64,000 nucleotides of DNA from an uncultured Planctomycetaceae bacterium. Its GTDB lineage: Bacteria > Planctomycetota > Planctomycetia > Isosphaerales > Isosphaeraceae. The translations under genes and the position numbers were made by a program. Below the pieces are notes generated by a model, which did no database searches, was not told the DNA's origin, and saw only the letters and a program-made list of their open reading frames with translations. The DNA is taken from contig CAWIAD010000001.1 of NCBI GenBank assembly GCA_963833985.1, forward strand, positions 2,240,001 through 2,304,000. Direction: 5' to 3'. Of the stretch, positions 54,423-64,000 are shown one piece after another (positions within the stretch are counted from its first letter, which is position 1; the number at the start of each line of letters is the position of its first letter).

Positions 54423-55421
54423 TCAGGACGCGAGGACCTGCTGTGGATTCTCGGCGTCATTTCGCCGGCCGCCCAGCGCCAGATAGGAAATGATCACCAG
54501 CGCGCTGGTGATGGCCACGCCGGCCTTGGCCCAGTAGGGCAGGGCGGAGGCGGAGATGAAGCCCTCGATGAACGCGGCCAGAACGAAGAGCACAACCGAG
54601 ACGCTCAGGGCGGGGAGAGCGCGAATGGCCTCGCGCCGCAGTGAGGCCACCCGGCTCTGGCCCTGCGTGTCCACCAGGCCCCAGCCCATGCGCAGACCGG
54701 CCGCGCCGGCCACGACCACGGCCGTCAGCTCGAAGCTGGAGTGCGCGGTGACGAAAGTATAAAACGCGGAGGCGTGCGGGCTGACGGCCATGTGGCCGAA
54801 AACGGTGCCGAGCACGATCCCGTTACTGAGCAACTGAAACAGGCTGCCCACCCCGAAGAGAATGCCCCAGGCGAAGCACTTCAGACCGATCGATGTGTTG
54901 TGATTGATGTAGAAACCAGCCATGGCGGTATCGTCACGCTGCACGCCGTCTTTGCCGTGGCTCTCGATGGGCCGTGAGTACATGTGGTCCATCGCCTCGA
55001 CGAACTTCTCCCCCACAACCTGCCGGGCGAACTCCGGCTGCGCCGCGGCCACCAGTCCACAGATGAGGAACGAGCCCGCAAAGACCAGAGCCGAAAGCCG
55101 CAAGGCCGGGTCCGACCTGAGCGCCCGCGGCGCGCTGTCGAAGAGGATCCGGCCCCAGTCGCGAAAGCGGAACCCCTGAGCCCGATAGAGTGCGTTGTGG
55201 GCCCGTCCCACCAGTCCGTGCAGATAGGCCACGGTGTCGCGCGGCAGATCGTACGATTCGGCCAGCATCAGGTCGCTACAGACGCCGCGGTACAGTTCCC
55301 CGAGCCGGAGCACGTCCCCCGGCCGGCAGTGGCGGATGCGCTTGTCCGAAATGTGATCGATGAGCCGGTCCAGCTCGCGCCACGACGCTTCGCGCTGGGT
55401 CAGTCGATCCGCGACGCGCAT
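54423..55421 (-). CDS. Stage II sporulation protein M (DUF95)-like membrane protein
   Basis: WRELD..LYRGVCSDL..YLHGLVGRAH; YINHNTSIG; NGIVLG; AHSSFELT; AAFIEGFIS. Confidence 0.85.
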   Translation of the reverse strand: MRVADRLTQREASWRELDRLIDHISDKRIRHCRPGDVLRLGELYRGVCSDLMLAESYDLPRDTVAYLHGLVGRAHNALYRAQGFRFRDWGRILFDSAPRALRSDPALRLSALVFAGSFLICGLVAAAQPEFARQVVGEKFVEAMDHMYSRPIESHGKDGVQRDDTAMAGFYINHNTSIGLKCFAWGILFGVGSLFQLLSNGIVLGTVFGHMAVSPHASAFYTFVTAHSSFELTAVVVAGAAGLRMGWGLVDTQGQSRVASLRREAIRALPALSVSVVLFVLAAFIEGFISASALPYWAKAGVAITSALVIISYLALGGRRNDAENPQQVLAS

Positions 55422-55484
55422 TACCCACCTCTCGAACAGGGATGATTGACGAAGCCGGCCAGAAATCCGTCTTGTCAGGAAACG

Positions 55485-56249
55485 CTACTCTCCCAGGAAC
55501 ACACGATGGTACACCGCGCAGAGCACGGTATCGGCCAGTTCCGAAGCCGGCAGATCAAATCGAGCGCGCAGTGGCCGGGCCAGCGGCTCGGCCATTTCCT
55601 CGCGCAGGGCGCGACCGAACCGATGTCTGCGTCGGACATAGTCGGAAAGGGCCCTGGCCAGCTTGCTGCCGGCCGCGATGCGCAACGGCAGTCGATCGAT
55701 CAGAGCCTGCACGCGAGGCTCATGTATGCGCACCAGTCCCAGCCGCGGCCTGCGCTCCTCCACGATCACCATCGTGCCGGCGGCCAGGTCTCCCAACCTT
55801 TGAAATCTCCTGGAGAGGAGCATGCTGGAAAGCCCGAGCAGAAAGAAGAAGGGAACCAGTCCGTCCACGGTTCCCACCAGGTTCCGGAGCACCGCCTGGG
55901 CCGCGGTGATCGGCACCCCGCGCTCGGAAACGACGCGCAAACCGAGCACTCGCTTGCCCGCTGTCTGGCCGTTGAAGACCCCTTCGCAAAAGGCACCATA
56001 GCCCCACGTCAAGAGAAAATAGGCAACCAGCGCCGGCCCCATCCCCGCGGTGGCTCCGAACGAGAGGACAAGAAAAGCGGCGACCGCGCAGGTGACCAGC
56101 ACGGCCAGCAGGCCGAGGTCCACCAGGTAGGCCGTGAACCGCCGGAAGGGACCGCCCAGCGGATACTCGAAGACGATGCGTTCGGGCGTTGAGAGGCGTA
56201 CCGTGGCGTCAATGGGCGCATCGGGCAGGCTGGTCGCGGATCGTGGCAT
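55485..56249 (-). CDS. RDD family protein
   Basis: TPERI, RFTAYLVD, GQTAGKR..LRVV, RNL, QRLGDLAAGT; adjacent to the SpoIIM-like gene. Confidence 0.88.
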   Translation of the reverse strand: MPRSATSLPDAPIDATVRLSTPERIVFEYPLGGPFRRFTAYLVDLGLLAVLVTCAVAAFLVLSFGATAGMGPALVAYFLLTWGYGAFCEGVFNGQTAGKRVLGLRVVSERGVPITAAQAVLRNLVGTVDGLVPFFFLLGLSSMLLSRRFQRLGDLAAGTMVIVEERRPRLGLVRIHEPRVQALIDRLPLRIAAGSKLARALSDYVRRRHRFGRALREEMAEPLARPLRARFDLPASELADTVLCAVYHRVFLGE

Positions 56250-56495
56250 TCCCATCCTTCTCCCGAACCCATGATGCCGGCAACAGAGCCAGATCAGCCG
56301 CGAGCGCTCTGTCCTGTTCAAGGCATCCTATCGCGAAGCCAGGGAGATCCGCAACGGAGGGGGATGTAGGAAGGGGGGGGGGATGGCTCGTCGGCCGTCA
56401 GGGCGATAGCCGGGCAAGCAAGAGAGGCGGCGTGTCGAGGGTTTCCGAGCACAGGGATGTGGTGGGGGAACCGAGTACGATCGCAGCCGCGGATG

Positions 56496-58757
56496 TCAGG
56501 GCCTTTCGGGGGCGTTCGGGTCGCTGTCGGTGCCGTCGAAGATGGTGGCGATGAGTGCGTCTTGCTTGAGCTTGGCGAGGAACACTTCACGGATCCTGGT
56601 CATCTTGGCGTACATCACCTTGCGGCGGATCTGGTCCTGGACCTCCTCGAACGAGGCCGGCCCCGCCGCGCGGCGGTTCTCGACGATCACGATATGAAAG
56701 CTGGTCGGACCTTCGAGCACCGGGCTGTTCTGTCGCAACGGTAGCTGTTCGAGCGCGGTGTTGACGGCAACCACGGCATAGCTTCCCGGAGAGGTCTGCA
56801 TCAGCCCGCCCTGGGCTCGGATGCTCGACGGGCCCTCGCTCTCTTTCCTTGCCAGCGAAGCAAAGCTCTCGCCGCTCTTCAGCTTGGCAAGCAGGTTCTC
56901 AGCCTTCCGTCGGGCTTCCTCCGGCTGGGGATGAAGGCCCTTCTCGACGACGAGCTCGCGCCAGGTGATCTGAGCGGGACGGTCATATTCCTTGTCGTGA
57001 TAGTGGTCCTTGTAGTAGCTCAGCATCTCGGGGAGCTCCACCTTGCGGCCCTCGGCGAGCTTGTGTTCCATGTACACCTGTGCCAGGAACTCCTGGCGGT
57101 GGCTCTGGTGCAGGAAATCCAAAGGCAGGCCCGCATCAGTCATCTTCTGCTTGAGCTGGACCACATTGTCCGCCAGGTAACGCCGCAGCAGAGGCGGGAT
57201 CTCTTCCTCGCGCCAGAACTTGTCGGCCTGCTCATAGATCGTATCAAGCTGCTTGGCGTTCTTGATCACCCGCTTGGCTTCCTGCGTGATGAGTGTCCGT
57301 TCGATCAGATGCCCGAGCATCGCCCGGGCCATCATGTTCAGCTCGGCCGCCTCGGGAGTGTGCGTGTCGTTGCGATGGACACGCTGGGCACGGATGGCCA
57401 GCACCAGGTCGTGGAGCGTGATTACGTCGTCGCCCACGCGCGCGGCAGCCTGGCCGGCGCTCTTCCAGCTCTTTCCCTTCTCGCCATCCTCCAGGCTCGC
57501 GGGACGGTACGATGCCAGGCGCACCGCAGGGTCAGATCGCGGCGCCCGAGGCGCCGCGGCAGTCTGGACGGTGGAACTGGCCCTCGACGAGGCCGCGCCC
57601 GCGGGGAGCGAGGCGGCCTGGTCGTGATTCGCGGCTGGTGCCGGGTTCCCTCCCGGTACCGGTGCAGCGGGCGAGAGCGATCCCCGAGCAGGCTGAGGAT
57701 CGACGGGAAGCCCCGGCGCCATTTCCAGCGGCAAATCGCCCGACGCACCGGGCGGGGTTGCCGGCAGAGCCGCGGGAGCCGCTTCCGGACCGGGCTTTGT
57801 GACGCCCGCCTGTCCCCTGGGGCTCGCACCCGCCGCTGGTGGAGCTTCGATGGGAGGCATCAGGTCGGGGTTGGGACCCAGAAGCTGCTGGGCCATCGCC
57901 GCATTGCCAAGAGGCGGAGGATTGACACTGGCGGCCGCTCCACCAGCCGCCGAGGCGCTGGGCGCGGCGGGCAGCGCGGCGGAACCTGGCGCCGAGGCGG
58001 CTCCGGCAGAGGGAGGCAGCGAATCGGGAGTTCCGGCCGGTGCGGGAAGAGGCTCGGGCATTGCGTTCAACCCGGGCACGCCCGGAGCGGGCATCGGGGC
58101 AGTTGCCGGCAACGGAGCAGCCGCTTGCTCCGCACTGGAGGGTGCCAGTCGCGATTCCTGGACCGGCGGCAGGGCCGGCTCGGACGACGATGAAACCGCT
58201 GGACCATCCCCCTGTAAGGGCTCGGGAGCGGAAGGAGTTGCGAGCGACGCGGCGGATGCGGCCGATTCCGCGGGCAGCGCAGCCATCGTGCCGGCCGCCA
58301 GTGTGCCAGCCGTTGCGGGTGCGCCTGCCGGAAGTGCGTTCGGGGCCGAGCCGGGCAGGGATGTCCCGCTCGCCAGGTCCGTGGCATTGTCCCGGGGCGG
58401 ATTCGCCGATGCGGACGAGAGCGGGGTTGCGGAAGCAGGGCCTGCCACGGCGGCCGCGGGAGTGCCCGCGCTGGCACGACCGGACGCCGCAAGCTGCGGC
58501 CCCGGGGCGGCACTTGCACTGGCCTGGCCCTCTGACGGATGGTACCTGCCCGACCAGTGCGGGCTTCTCGCGTTGGGCAAGGTCGACTGCACGAGCGCGG
58601 TATTGCCCGTCCCCCGATTGATCGTCTGATCAGGCGATGGGACCGGATCCACGCCGATGGGTTGCCCGCGTGAGGCCTGGTTGGGTAGCGCCGTTCGTGA
58701 CTGGGCGCACCCTGTCAGCGCCAGGCCAAGCGCTGCAACAAGAAGTCTTCGTTTCAT
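56496..58757 (-). CDS. PpiC/SurA-type peptidyl-prolyl isomerase lipoprotein with long Pro/Ala linker
   Basis: Lipobox LALTGC; AARVGDDVIT; GESFASLARKESEG..GG; SFHIV; FEEVQDQIR. Confidence 0.82.
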   Translation of the reverse strand: MKRRLLVAALGLALTGCAQSRTALPNQASRGQPIGVDPVPSPDQTINRGTGNTALVQSTLPNARSPHWSGRYHPSEGQASASAAPGPQLAASGRASAGTPAAAVAGPASATPLSSASANPPRDNATDLASGTSLPGSAPNALPAGAPATAGTLAAGTMAALPAESAASAASLATPSAPEPLQGDGPAVSSSSEPALPPVQESRLAPSSAEQAAAPLPATAPMPAPGVPGLNAMPEPLPAPAGTPDSLPPSAGAASAPGSAALPAAPSASAAGGAAASVNPPPLGNAAMAQQLLGPNPDLMPPIEAPPAAGASPRGQAGVTKPGPEAAPAALPATPPGASGDLPLEMAPGLPVDPQPARGSLSPAAPVPGGNPAPAANHDQAASLPAGAASSRASSTVQTAAAPRAPRSDPAVRLASYRPASLEDGEKGKSWKSAGQAAARVGDDVITLHDLVLAIRAQRVHRNDTHTPEAAELNMMARAMLGHLIERTLITQEAKRVIKNAKQLDTIYEQADKFWREEEIPPLLRRYLADNVVQLKQKMTDAGLPLDFLHQSHRQEFLAQVYMEHKLAEGRKVELPEMLSYYKDHYHDKEYDRPAQITWRELVVEKGLHPQPEEARRKAENLLAKLKSGESFASLARKESEGPSSIRAQGGLMQTSPGSYAVVAVNTALEQLPLRQNSPVLEGPTSFHIVIVENRRAAGPASFEEVQDQIRRKVMYAKMTRIREVFLAKLKQDALIATIFDGTDSDPNAPERP

Positions 58758-59120
58758 GATTGAGATCATCTCCATGTCCTTGGAGAATTCGCATCGCGCG
58801 GCCGGCAAGACCCGCGCCGCCGTCTCGAAGTGACCGGCCCTTCCGGTCCAGTCCCGGACCGGCAGCCCTGAGCCAGTGACCGTATTCCCCGCCGCTCAAG
58901 GGAGGTGAAGGAGCGGAACGGGAGAATCGATTCGACCGGACCGGGACCTTCACGCACTGAAAAGAGAAGTGCGCTATCCCGCGGCCAGAGCATAACGCAA
59001 TTGGCACACGCGGCAAGGGCGATTGAAAAACAGCCGCTTCGGTCTTGCATTTGCAGCCTTGACTGCTTGATTCTTGACTTCTCTGGAACCCCCGGCGAAA
59101 GCAAGGCGGAAGGTTGCATC

Positions 59121-60233
59121 ATGAGTGCACAGCAAGCACATCCCAACGGCATCGCTCTGCTTCGGGGGACATCCTTGCACGCGGCCGTGCTCTCACTCGG
59201 CATGGCCATACTGGCCCTCATGACCAGTGGCTGCATGAAGCATATGGGTAACGAGGGCTCGCCCGCGGACAACCCCGGACGCGGCGACGGTTCGGTCGTG
59301 GTCTACTCGGCGCTGGATCGTGAATTCGCCGAGCCCGTGCTGAACGACCTGGGCAAGCAGGCAGGAATCACGGTGCGCGGGAAGTTCGACGTCGAGAGCA
59401 CGAAGACGGTCGGGCTGACGAACACGCTCATTGCCGAGGCCGTCCAGCCGCGCTGCGACCTGTTCTGGAACAATGAGATCCTCAACACGCTCAGGCTCAA
59501 GGAGAGGGGACTGCTGCAACGTTTTGAGCCAGGCCACGCGCGCGACGTCCCGGCTGCGTTCAAGGACCCCGATGGCCTGTGGTACGGTCTGGCCGCTCGC
59601 GCGAGGATCTTTGTCGTCAACACCAGGCTCGTCGCCGAGGCCGACCGGCCCAAAGGTCTTGCCGATCTGCTCGACCCGCGCTGGAAGGGGAAGATTGGCA
59701 TCGCGAAGCCGCTCTTCGGGACAACGGCCACGCAGGCCGCCTGCCTGTTCGCGGTGTGGGGCGAGGAGAAGAGCCGGGCGTTCTTCCGCGATCTCAAGGC
59801 CAACGGTGTCCAGGTCTTCTCCGGCAACCGCCAGGTGGCTGCCGCGGCGGGCTCGGGGCAGATCGTCTTCGGTCTCACCGATACCGATGACGCCAACGGA
59901 GAGATCGAGGCCGGCAGCCCGGTTTCCATCGTCTACCCGGACCGCGAGCCCGGCCAGCTTGGCACACTCTTCATTCCCAATACCCTGGCGATGATCAAGG
60001 GCGCACCTCACCCGGACGCCGCCCGCCGCCTGGCCAATCTCATCCTCAGCCCGGAAGTCGAGAACCGGCTCGCCGAGGGCCCGAGCGTGCAGATTCCACT
60101 GCTGAGCGGCACCAGCAAGCCCGCCCGGGTTGAAACGCCCGCGAGCGTTCACGCCATGGATGTCGATTTCCAGGCGGCCGCACGGCTCTGGGACAGGGCC
60201 GCTGTCTTCCTCACCGAAGAATTCGCCGACTGA
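59121..60233 (+). CDS. ABC transporter substrate-binding lipoprotein, Fe(III) AfuA/FbpA-like
   Basis: Lipobox MTSGC; VVVYSALD; ESTKTVGL; WYGLAARAR; WKGKIGIAKPLFGTT; TDTDD. Confidence 0.82.
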   Translation: MSAQQAHPNGIALLRGTSLHAAVLSLGMAILALMTSGCMKHMGNEGSPADNPGRGDGSVVVYSALDREFAEPVLNDLGKQAGITVRGKFDVESTKTVGLTNTLIAEAVQPRCDLFWNNEILNTLRLKERGLLQRFEPGHARDVPAAFKDPDGLWYGLAARARIFVVNTRLVAEADRPKGLADLLDPRWKGKIGIAKPLFGTTATQAACLFAVWGEEKSRAFFRDLKANGVQVFSGNRQVAAAAGSGQIVFGLTDTDDANGEIEAGSPVSIVYPDREPGQLGTLFIPNTLAMIKGAPHPDAARRLANLILSPEVENRLAEGPSVQIPLLSGTSKPARVETPASVHAMDVDFQAAARLWDRAAVFLTEEFAD

Positions 60234-60365
60234 TCCCTCCCCGGGTGCTCCCCGACCGCGGTGCCCGGCTCCACTGAGCCGCAGCACCTACTGGCAGGAC
60301 CGCGCCGGCCGTGTTACTTTTCACCCATTCGTAATACGCCCTGGGGTCTTCGGGGATGAAGTCCG

Positions 60366-61163
60366 ATGAACGCCCGCTTCCGCTTCGGGTTCACGTTGAT
60401 CGAACTGCTGGTGGTCATGGCCGTGATCTCGGCACTGATGGGGGTTTTGCTTCCGGCCGTGCAGAATGCGCGTGAGGCTGCCCGGCGCATGGAGTGCCAG
60501 AGCCATTTGCACCAGATTGGCCTGGGAGTGCAGCAGTACTTCGACGACTGGAACGGGCAGTTCTTCCTGCACCATCCCTTCAACGCCGACAGTCAGAGCG
60601 AGGTCAAGAACGCCGAGTCGTTCGCCGAGATCTACTGGGAAGACAAGATCATGCCTTATGTGAACGCAACGTTCGCGAACGACGCACTGGCCAGGGGAGG
60701 AACGCAGATTGCCGACGAGAAGCTCTACCGCTGCCCGTCGGACACCTCGCGCGTGAGCCCGTACATCAATCCGGCCACGGGACTGGTGGACGGCCTCTCG
60801 AACCGGACGAGCTACCTGATGAACTCGCTACTGAGCCACAAGACCGTCCGCTACGGGCGGTGGACGTTCCCCCGGATCCAGCAAGACATCGGCACGTCGA
60901 ACTTCGTGGCGTTCAATGAGCGCGAGGGCGCGGTCATCGACGCCAACCTGAACAATCCGATCGCGGCGACGGATCCCCGGCAAGACGATTACGACGTCTG
61001 GCTGGGGACGGGCGTGCTGGATACCTGGATTCCCTGGAGCCGCCACGGCCAGTCGAACGTCCTCTACCTTGACGGCCATGCCCGGTCGATCCCGAAGCCC
61101 GACGCCTACCTGGGCATGTACCCTGGCGGCGTGGTGCTCAGCCAGCCGAGCTTCTATCCCTGA
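60366..61163 (+). CDS. Prepilin-type/DUF1559-like protein with H-X8-DG motif
   Basis: [54 protein letters not shown]. Confidence 0.88.
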   Translation: MNARFRFGFTLIELLVVMAVISALMGVLLPAVQNAREAARRMECQSHLHQIGLGVQQYFDDWNGQFFLHHPFNADSQSEVKNAESFAEIYWEDKIMPYVNATFANDALARGGTQIADEKLYRCPSDTSRVSPYINPATGLVDGLSNRTSYLMNSLLSHKTVRYGRWTFPRIQQDIGTSNFVAFNEREGAVIDANLNNPIAATDPRQDDYDVWLGTGVLDTWIPWSRHGQSNVLYLDGHARSIPKPDAYLGMYPGGVVLSQPSFYP

Positions 61164-61173
61164 GCGGGACGCG

Positions 61174-61782
61174 TCAGGGTTTGCGCTCGATCCGAGCCAG
61201 CCAGCCTCTGGGGCCTCCCGGCGTGAAGGTCCGCGCCTCCGGGTGGTCCGTCGTGTGGAACCGCGTCGCCTCGATTTCGAGCACTTCCCAGCCATCGCGG
61301 AATGCGTCGCGGATCTCCTGCTGGGTGACGCGCCGGGGCCCCGCGCCGGGAGGTTCCTCGTCGCTGAAACAGAGGATGTGCATGGTTCCGCCGGGACGCA
61401 AGCAGCGGGCAAGTCCGGCGATGTAGCGGGGACGCTCCTCGTCGCTGAAGGTGTGGAACAGCCCGGAGTCGATGATTGTATCAAAGGTGCGTCCGAGTCG
61501 ATCGAGCTGCAAGGCATCCCCAACCTGGAAATGGACGTCGAGCCCACGTTCCGCTGCCTTCGCCCTGGCCCGCTCGATGGCGGCTGGAATAAAGTCCAGA
61601 CCCCAGACCTCGTGCCCACGCGCCGCCAGATACAGGGCGTGCTCGCCGGTGCCGCAGCCGGCGTCGAGCACCGAGCCCTGGATCTTTCCCGCTTCTTCAA
61701 GCTGGGCGAAGGCAGGTTGAGGGCCCGGGATATCCCAGGGCGGCTGCCCTTCGTACGCTGTGTGGAAGTGTTCCTGATTCAC
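61174..61782 (-). CDS. Class I SAM-dependent methyltransferase
   Basis: PPWDIPGPQP; VLDAGCGTG; FDTIIDSGLFH; LRPGG; GGAGG RBS before GTG. Confidence 0.9.
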   Translation of the reverse strand: MNQEHFHTAYEGQPPWDIPGPQPAFAQLEEAGKIQGSVLDAGCGTGEHALYLAARGHEVWGLDFIPAAIERARAKAAERGLDVHFQVGDALQLDRLGRTFDTIIDSGLFHTFSDEERPRYIAGLARCLRPGGTMHILCFSDEEPPGAGPRRVTQQEIRDAFRDGWEVLEIEATRFHTTDHPEARTFTPGGPRGWLARIERKP

Positions 61783-61886
61783 GGGCGTCCTCCCTTGACA
61801 GGTTTTTTCCGGGTCGGTGTTACCGGGCTGTAGAATACAGGATATGGGCAAGCCCATATCTTTTGGAAGCGATCGAGGATCCGACC

Positions 61887-62234
61887 ATGAAACTGACCAC
61901 CTGTACGGCTCTGTTGACGTTGTGCGTCGCGGGTGCCTGTCTTTCACCTGAGGCGCGCGCCCAGGCGGGTTCCGCGCACGGGTTCGACAGCAGCATGGGC
62001 GAAGGCGGATACATGGGCATGGGATGGCATAGCCGAACCGACCCTGGCCCCGAAATCCGGCCGCTCTTCGAGTGGCGCTATCGCCGTACCCAGCAGCCGG
62101 TCACTCCCGCGTACTACTGGGACCCCTACGGCGGCCAGGGCTACCTCACGACCCAGTGGACGCGAACGTCCGCCGGGGTGATGCGCCAGCTCTGGTATGA
62201 TCCGGCACGCCAGACCTTCTATTATTATCCCTGA
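61887..62234 (+). CDS. Small secreted Tyr/Trp-rich hypothetical protein
   Basis: Signal peptide MKLTTCTALLTLCVAGACLSPEARA; YYWDP and LWYDP..FYYYP. Confidence 0.6.
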   Translation: MKLTTCTALLTLCVAGACLSPEARAQAGSAHGFDSSMGEGGYMGMGWHSRTDPGPEIRPLFEWRYRRTQQPVTPAYYWDPYGGQGYLTTQWTRTSAGVMRQLWYDPARQTFYYYP

Positions 62235-62240
62235 ATACCG

Positions 62241-62795
62241 TCATCGCTGGAACGGCCCGTCGCGATCGGTCCACGGCAAGACCTGCACGTCCAGGTTGAG
62301 CCGGTCTCCCAGCGCTTCAAGGCCGTCTTGCCAGGCCTTGCCGGCAAGCCCCGGTGGAACAACCACGCGGGCAGTCATGGCGAAGAGCGGGACGCCACTG
62401 GTGGGGGCAGGTGTACACTCGGAGTCAATCGATTCGATGTTGATTCCGAGCTCCGAGAGATACCCGGCGACCTGGTGGATGATTCCTTCGTGGTCCGCCC
62501 CCTCGACCTGGATCGTGAACGGCAGCCAGCCGGGGAACGATTCCACCGCGGTCCGCTCCACGGGGGTCGCTGTGACCTTGTAACCGCTGCCCGCAAGGGC
62601 TTGCAGGTCGGCCTCGAGCCGCGAGGTCTCTTCCGCCGGCAGCGAGGCAAGCATCAAGATGGCGAACTCGCCTCCCAGGCGTGCCATCCGGCTGGTCTCG
62701 ACATTCCCCCCGCGCTCGAACAGCAACCCCGTCACCTTCTCGACGAACCCGATCCGGTCGGGACCGGTCAGCGTCAGCACAAACGTCTTCTGCAT
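62241..62795 (-). CDS. GcvR-like tandem ACT domain protein
   Basis: LTGPDRIGFV..NVETSRMARLGGEFA; GADHEGII..INI..LFAM. Confidence 0.85.
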   Translation of the reverse strand: MQKTFVLTLTGPDRIGFVEKVTGLLFERGGNVETSRMARLGGEFAILMLASLPAEETSRLEADLQALAGSGYKVTATPVERTAVESFPGWLPFTIQVEGADHEGIIHQVAGYLSELGINIESIDSECTPAPTSGVPLFAMTARVVVPPGLAGKAWQDGLEALGDRLNLDVQVLPWTDRDGPFQR

Positions 62796-62918
62796 GTGGG
62801 GCTCTCCTCGAGAAAGCAGGAGCGTCAGGAACGCGATTCATTTTAGCCCCGACTCCGGCCGGTCACCACGGCAGGACCGGAACGACGGCCAAGGGCGTCA
62901 GAAGCTCCATGAGCCGAT

Positions 62919-64000
62919 TCAAGAACCGCCGTTTGCCGGCAGCTTTTTGGTTCTCGGCAGTGTGCGGACGATGCGGAAGCCAATGGAGAATTCGGCGACG
63001 CCCACGGCGCTCTGGGCGCGATGGGCCGACCTGGCCTTGGCAGGTGAGTCGTTGAATGCTCCCCCGCGGAGGATCCGGCGTGTCTCCTGGCTGAGCGGGC
63101 CAGGATCAGGGTCGTCGCCCGCGATGCTCGTCTGGGCAGGCGCCGAGGTGTAAGGCTGAGGCCGCTCATCGCGGGCCGCCCGTCCGCGGTCGTGACACCA
63201 TTCCCAGGCGTTGCCGAGCGTATCAAACAGCCCCAGCGCGTTCGGCAAGAGCTGACCCACCGGCCAGGTTCGATCCTGCGAGTTCACCCACGTCCAGGCC
63301 TGGCGCGGCAGCAATTCTTCCGAGTCGCCGCACGGGCGTGCCGTCATCGTCCCTGCGCGGCAGAGGTATTCCCATTCCGCCTCGGTGGGCAGACGATATC
63401 CGCTGCGCTCCATCGACGGTTCTGGAACGGTCGGGTCCGGACGCATATTTTCGGGGTAGAACCAGTCCTGGCGCGGAATCCCGGCGCGCTGGCTGAGCCA
63501 GTTGCAGTACCGGACCGCGTCGGCCCAGGACACCCTGGTGGCAGGGCAATCCGGTTCCCGGGTGTAGCGCCCGTCAGGCTTCCTGGCACTGTCGAAGACG
63601 CGGAACTGCGAGATGGTCACTTCGGTGGTCGAGACGGCGATCGAGCGATCGATTGTGCGGCTGTGCAATGGCTCCTCGGCGAACCGTCCCTCCTCGTGCT
63701 CCGGTGAGCCCATCTGGAAGACCAGCGGCCCGGGCACGATGGCAAACGTGTGGCCGTTCGGTCCCACCCTCCAGGCTGGACGGTCCGGGTCCGCGGGCTG
63801 AACCCGGGGTTCCTGCCCCTCTTGAAGCGGCGGTGGTCCGCTGCTCCAGCGTGCGCAGAGCAGCTCCGCCGCGGAATGAACGCCCGGGTCGGGGTCGTCG
63901 AGGAACAGGCCGGTTGCGAGGCCGAGCACCCGCGCCTGCACCGGCGCCGCGACGCTGCCACGAGGCGTTTCCGCCCAGATCATCAGCAGCGCCTGGCGTT
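62919..64000 (-). CDS. FGE-sulfatase (SUMF1-like) domain protein, C-terminal part; 5' end outside window
   Basis: FQMGS, TEVTISQF, VSWADAVRYCNWLS, YRLPTEAEWEYLCRAG, PNALGLFDTLGNAWEWC, RGGAF, IGFRIVR. Confidence 0.88.
   Translation of the reverse strand, partial: RQALLMIWAETPRGSVAAPVQARVLGLATGLFLDDPDPGVHSAAELLCARWSSGPPPLQEGQEPRVQPADPDRPAWRVGPNGHTFAIVPGPLVFQMGSPEHEEGRFAEEPLHSRTIDRSIAVSTTEVTISQFRVFDSARKPDGRYTREPDCPATRVSWADAVRYCNWLSQRAGIPRQDWFYPENMRPDPTVPEPSMERSGYRLPTEAEWEYLCRAGTMTARPCGDSEELLPRQAWTWVNSQDRTWPVGQLLPNALGLFDTLGNAWEWCHDRGRAARDERPQPYTSAPAQTSIAGDDPDPGPLSQETRRILRGGAFNDSPAKARSAHRAQSAVGVAEFSIGFRIVRTLPRTKKLPANGGS

Noticed and set aside
56355..56390. G-rich run as G-quadruplex or phase-variable tract
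   Set aside because: It is intergenic, homopolymer length is unreliable in this assembly, and there is no supporting context.

Overview
GC-rich bacterial chromosomal window, almost certainly from a planctomycete: it has three DUF1559/prepilin-like genes, DUF1573 and DUF1571 proteins, and an 'LEGRLVLS' planctomycete extracellular leader. An Isosphaeraceae-like origin is my inference. About 47 coding genes are supportable. Housekeeping: thiC, purH, pfkA, rimI, a leuB-like dehydrogenase, an MBL hydrolase, a metallophosphoesterase, a PPIase. Signalling: an NtrC-type regulator, a CheB/CheR-PAS hybrid kinase, a single-domain receiver, fliW-csrA, a second csrA, a REC protein with degenerate GGDEF, an FHA protein. 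There are also many secreted or unknown proteins. I saw no rRNA, tRNA, CRISPR array or transposase. At least ten apparent frameshifts break otherwise intact genes, including purH. They look like assembly indels, and all ten lie within a few nt of GCGC. Best leads: (i) an AT-richer cassette at 7968-12374 (10-Cys secreted peptide, LolA-like membrane protein, two Ig-like/DUF1573 proteins, DUF1559); (ii) a circularly permuted legume-lectin domain inside a secreted beta-propeller; (iii) an A9 slippage site that could fuse the first two genes; (iv) a promoter-leader ORF-terminator unit at 50520-50680; (v) fliW-csrA with no flagellin in the window, next to a dead GGDEF with an intact I-site. Family calls come from motif recognition by eye; no database search was run.
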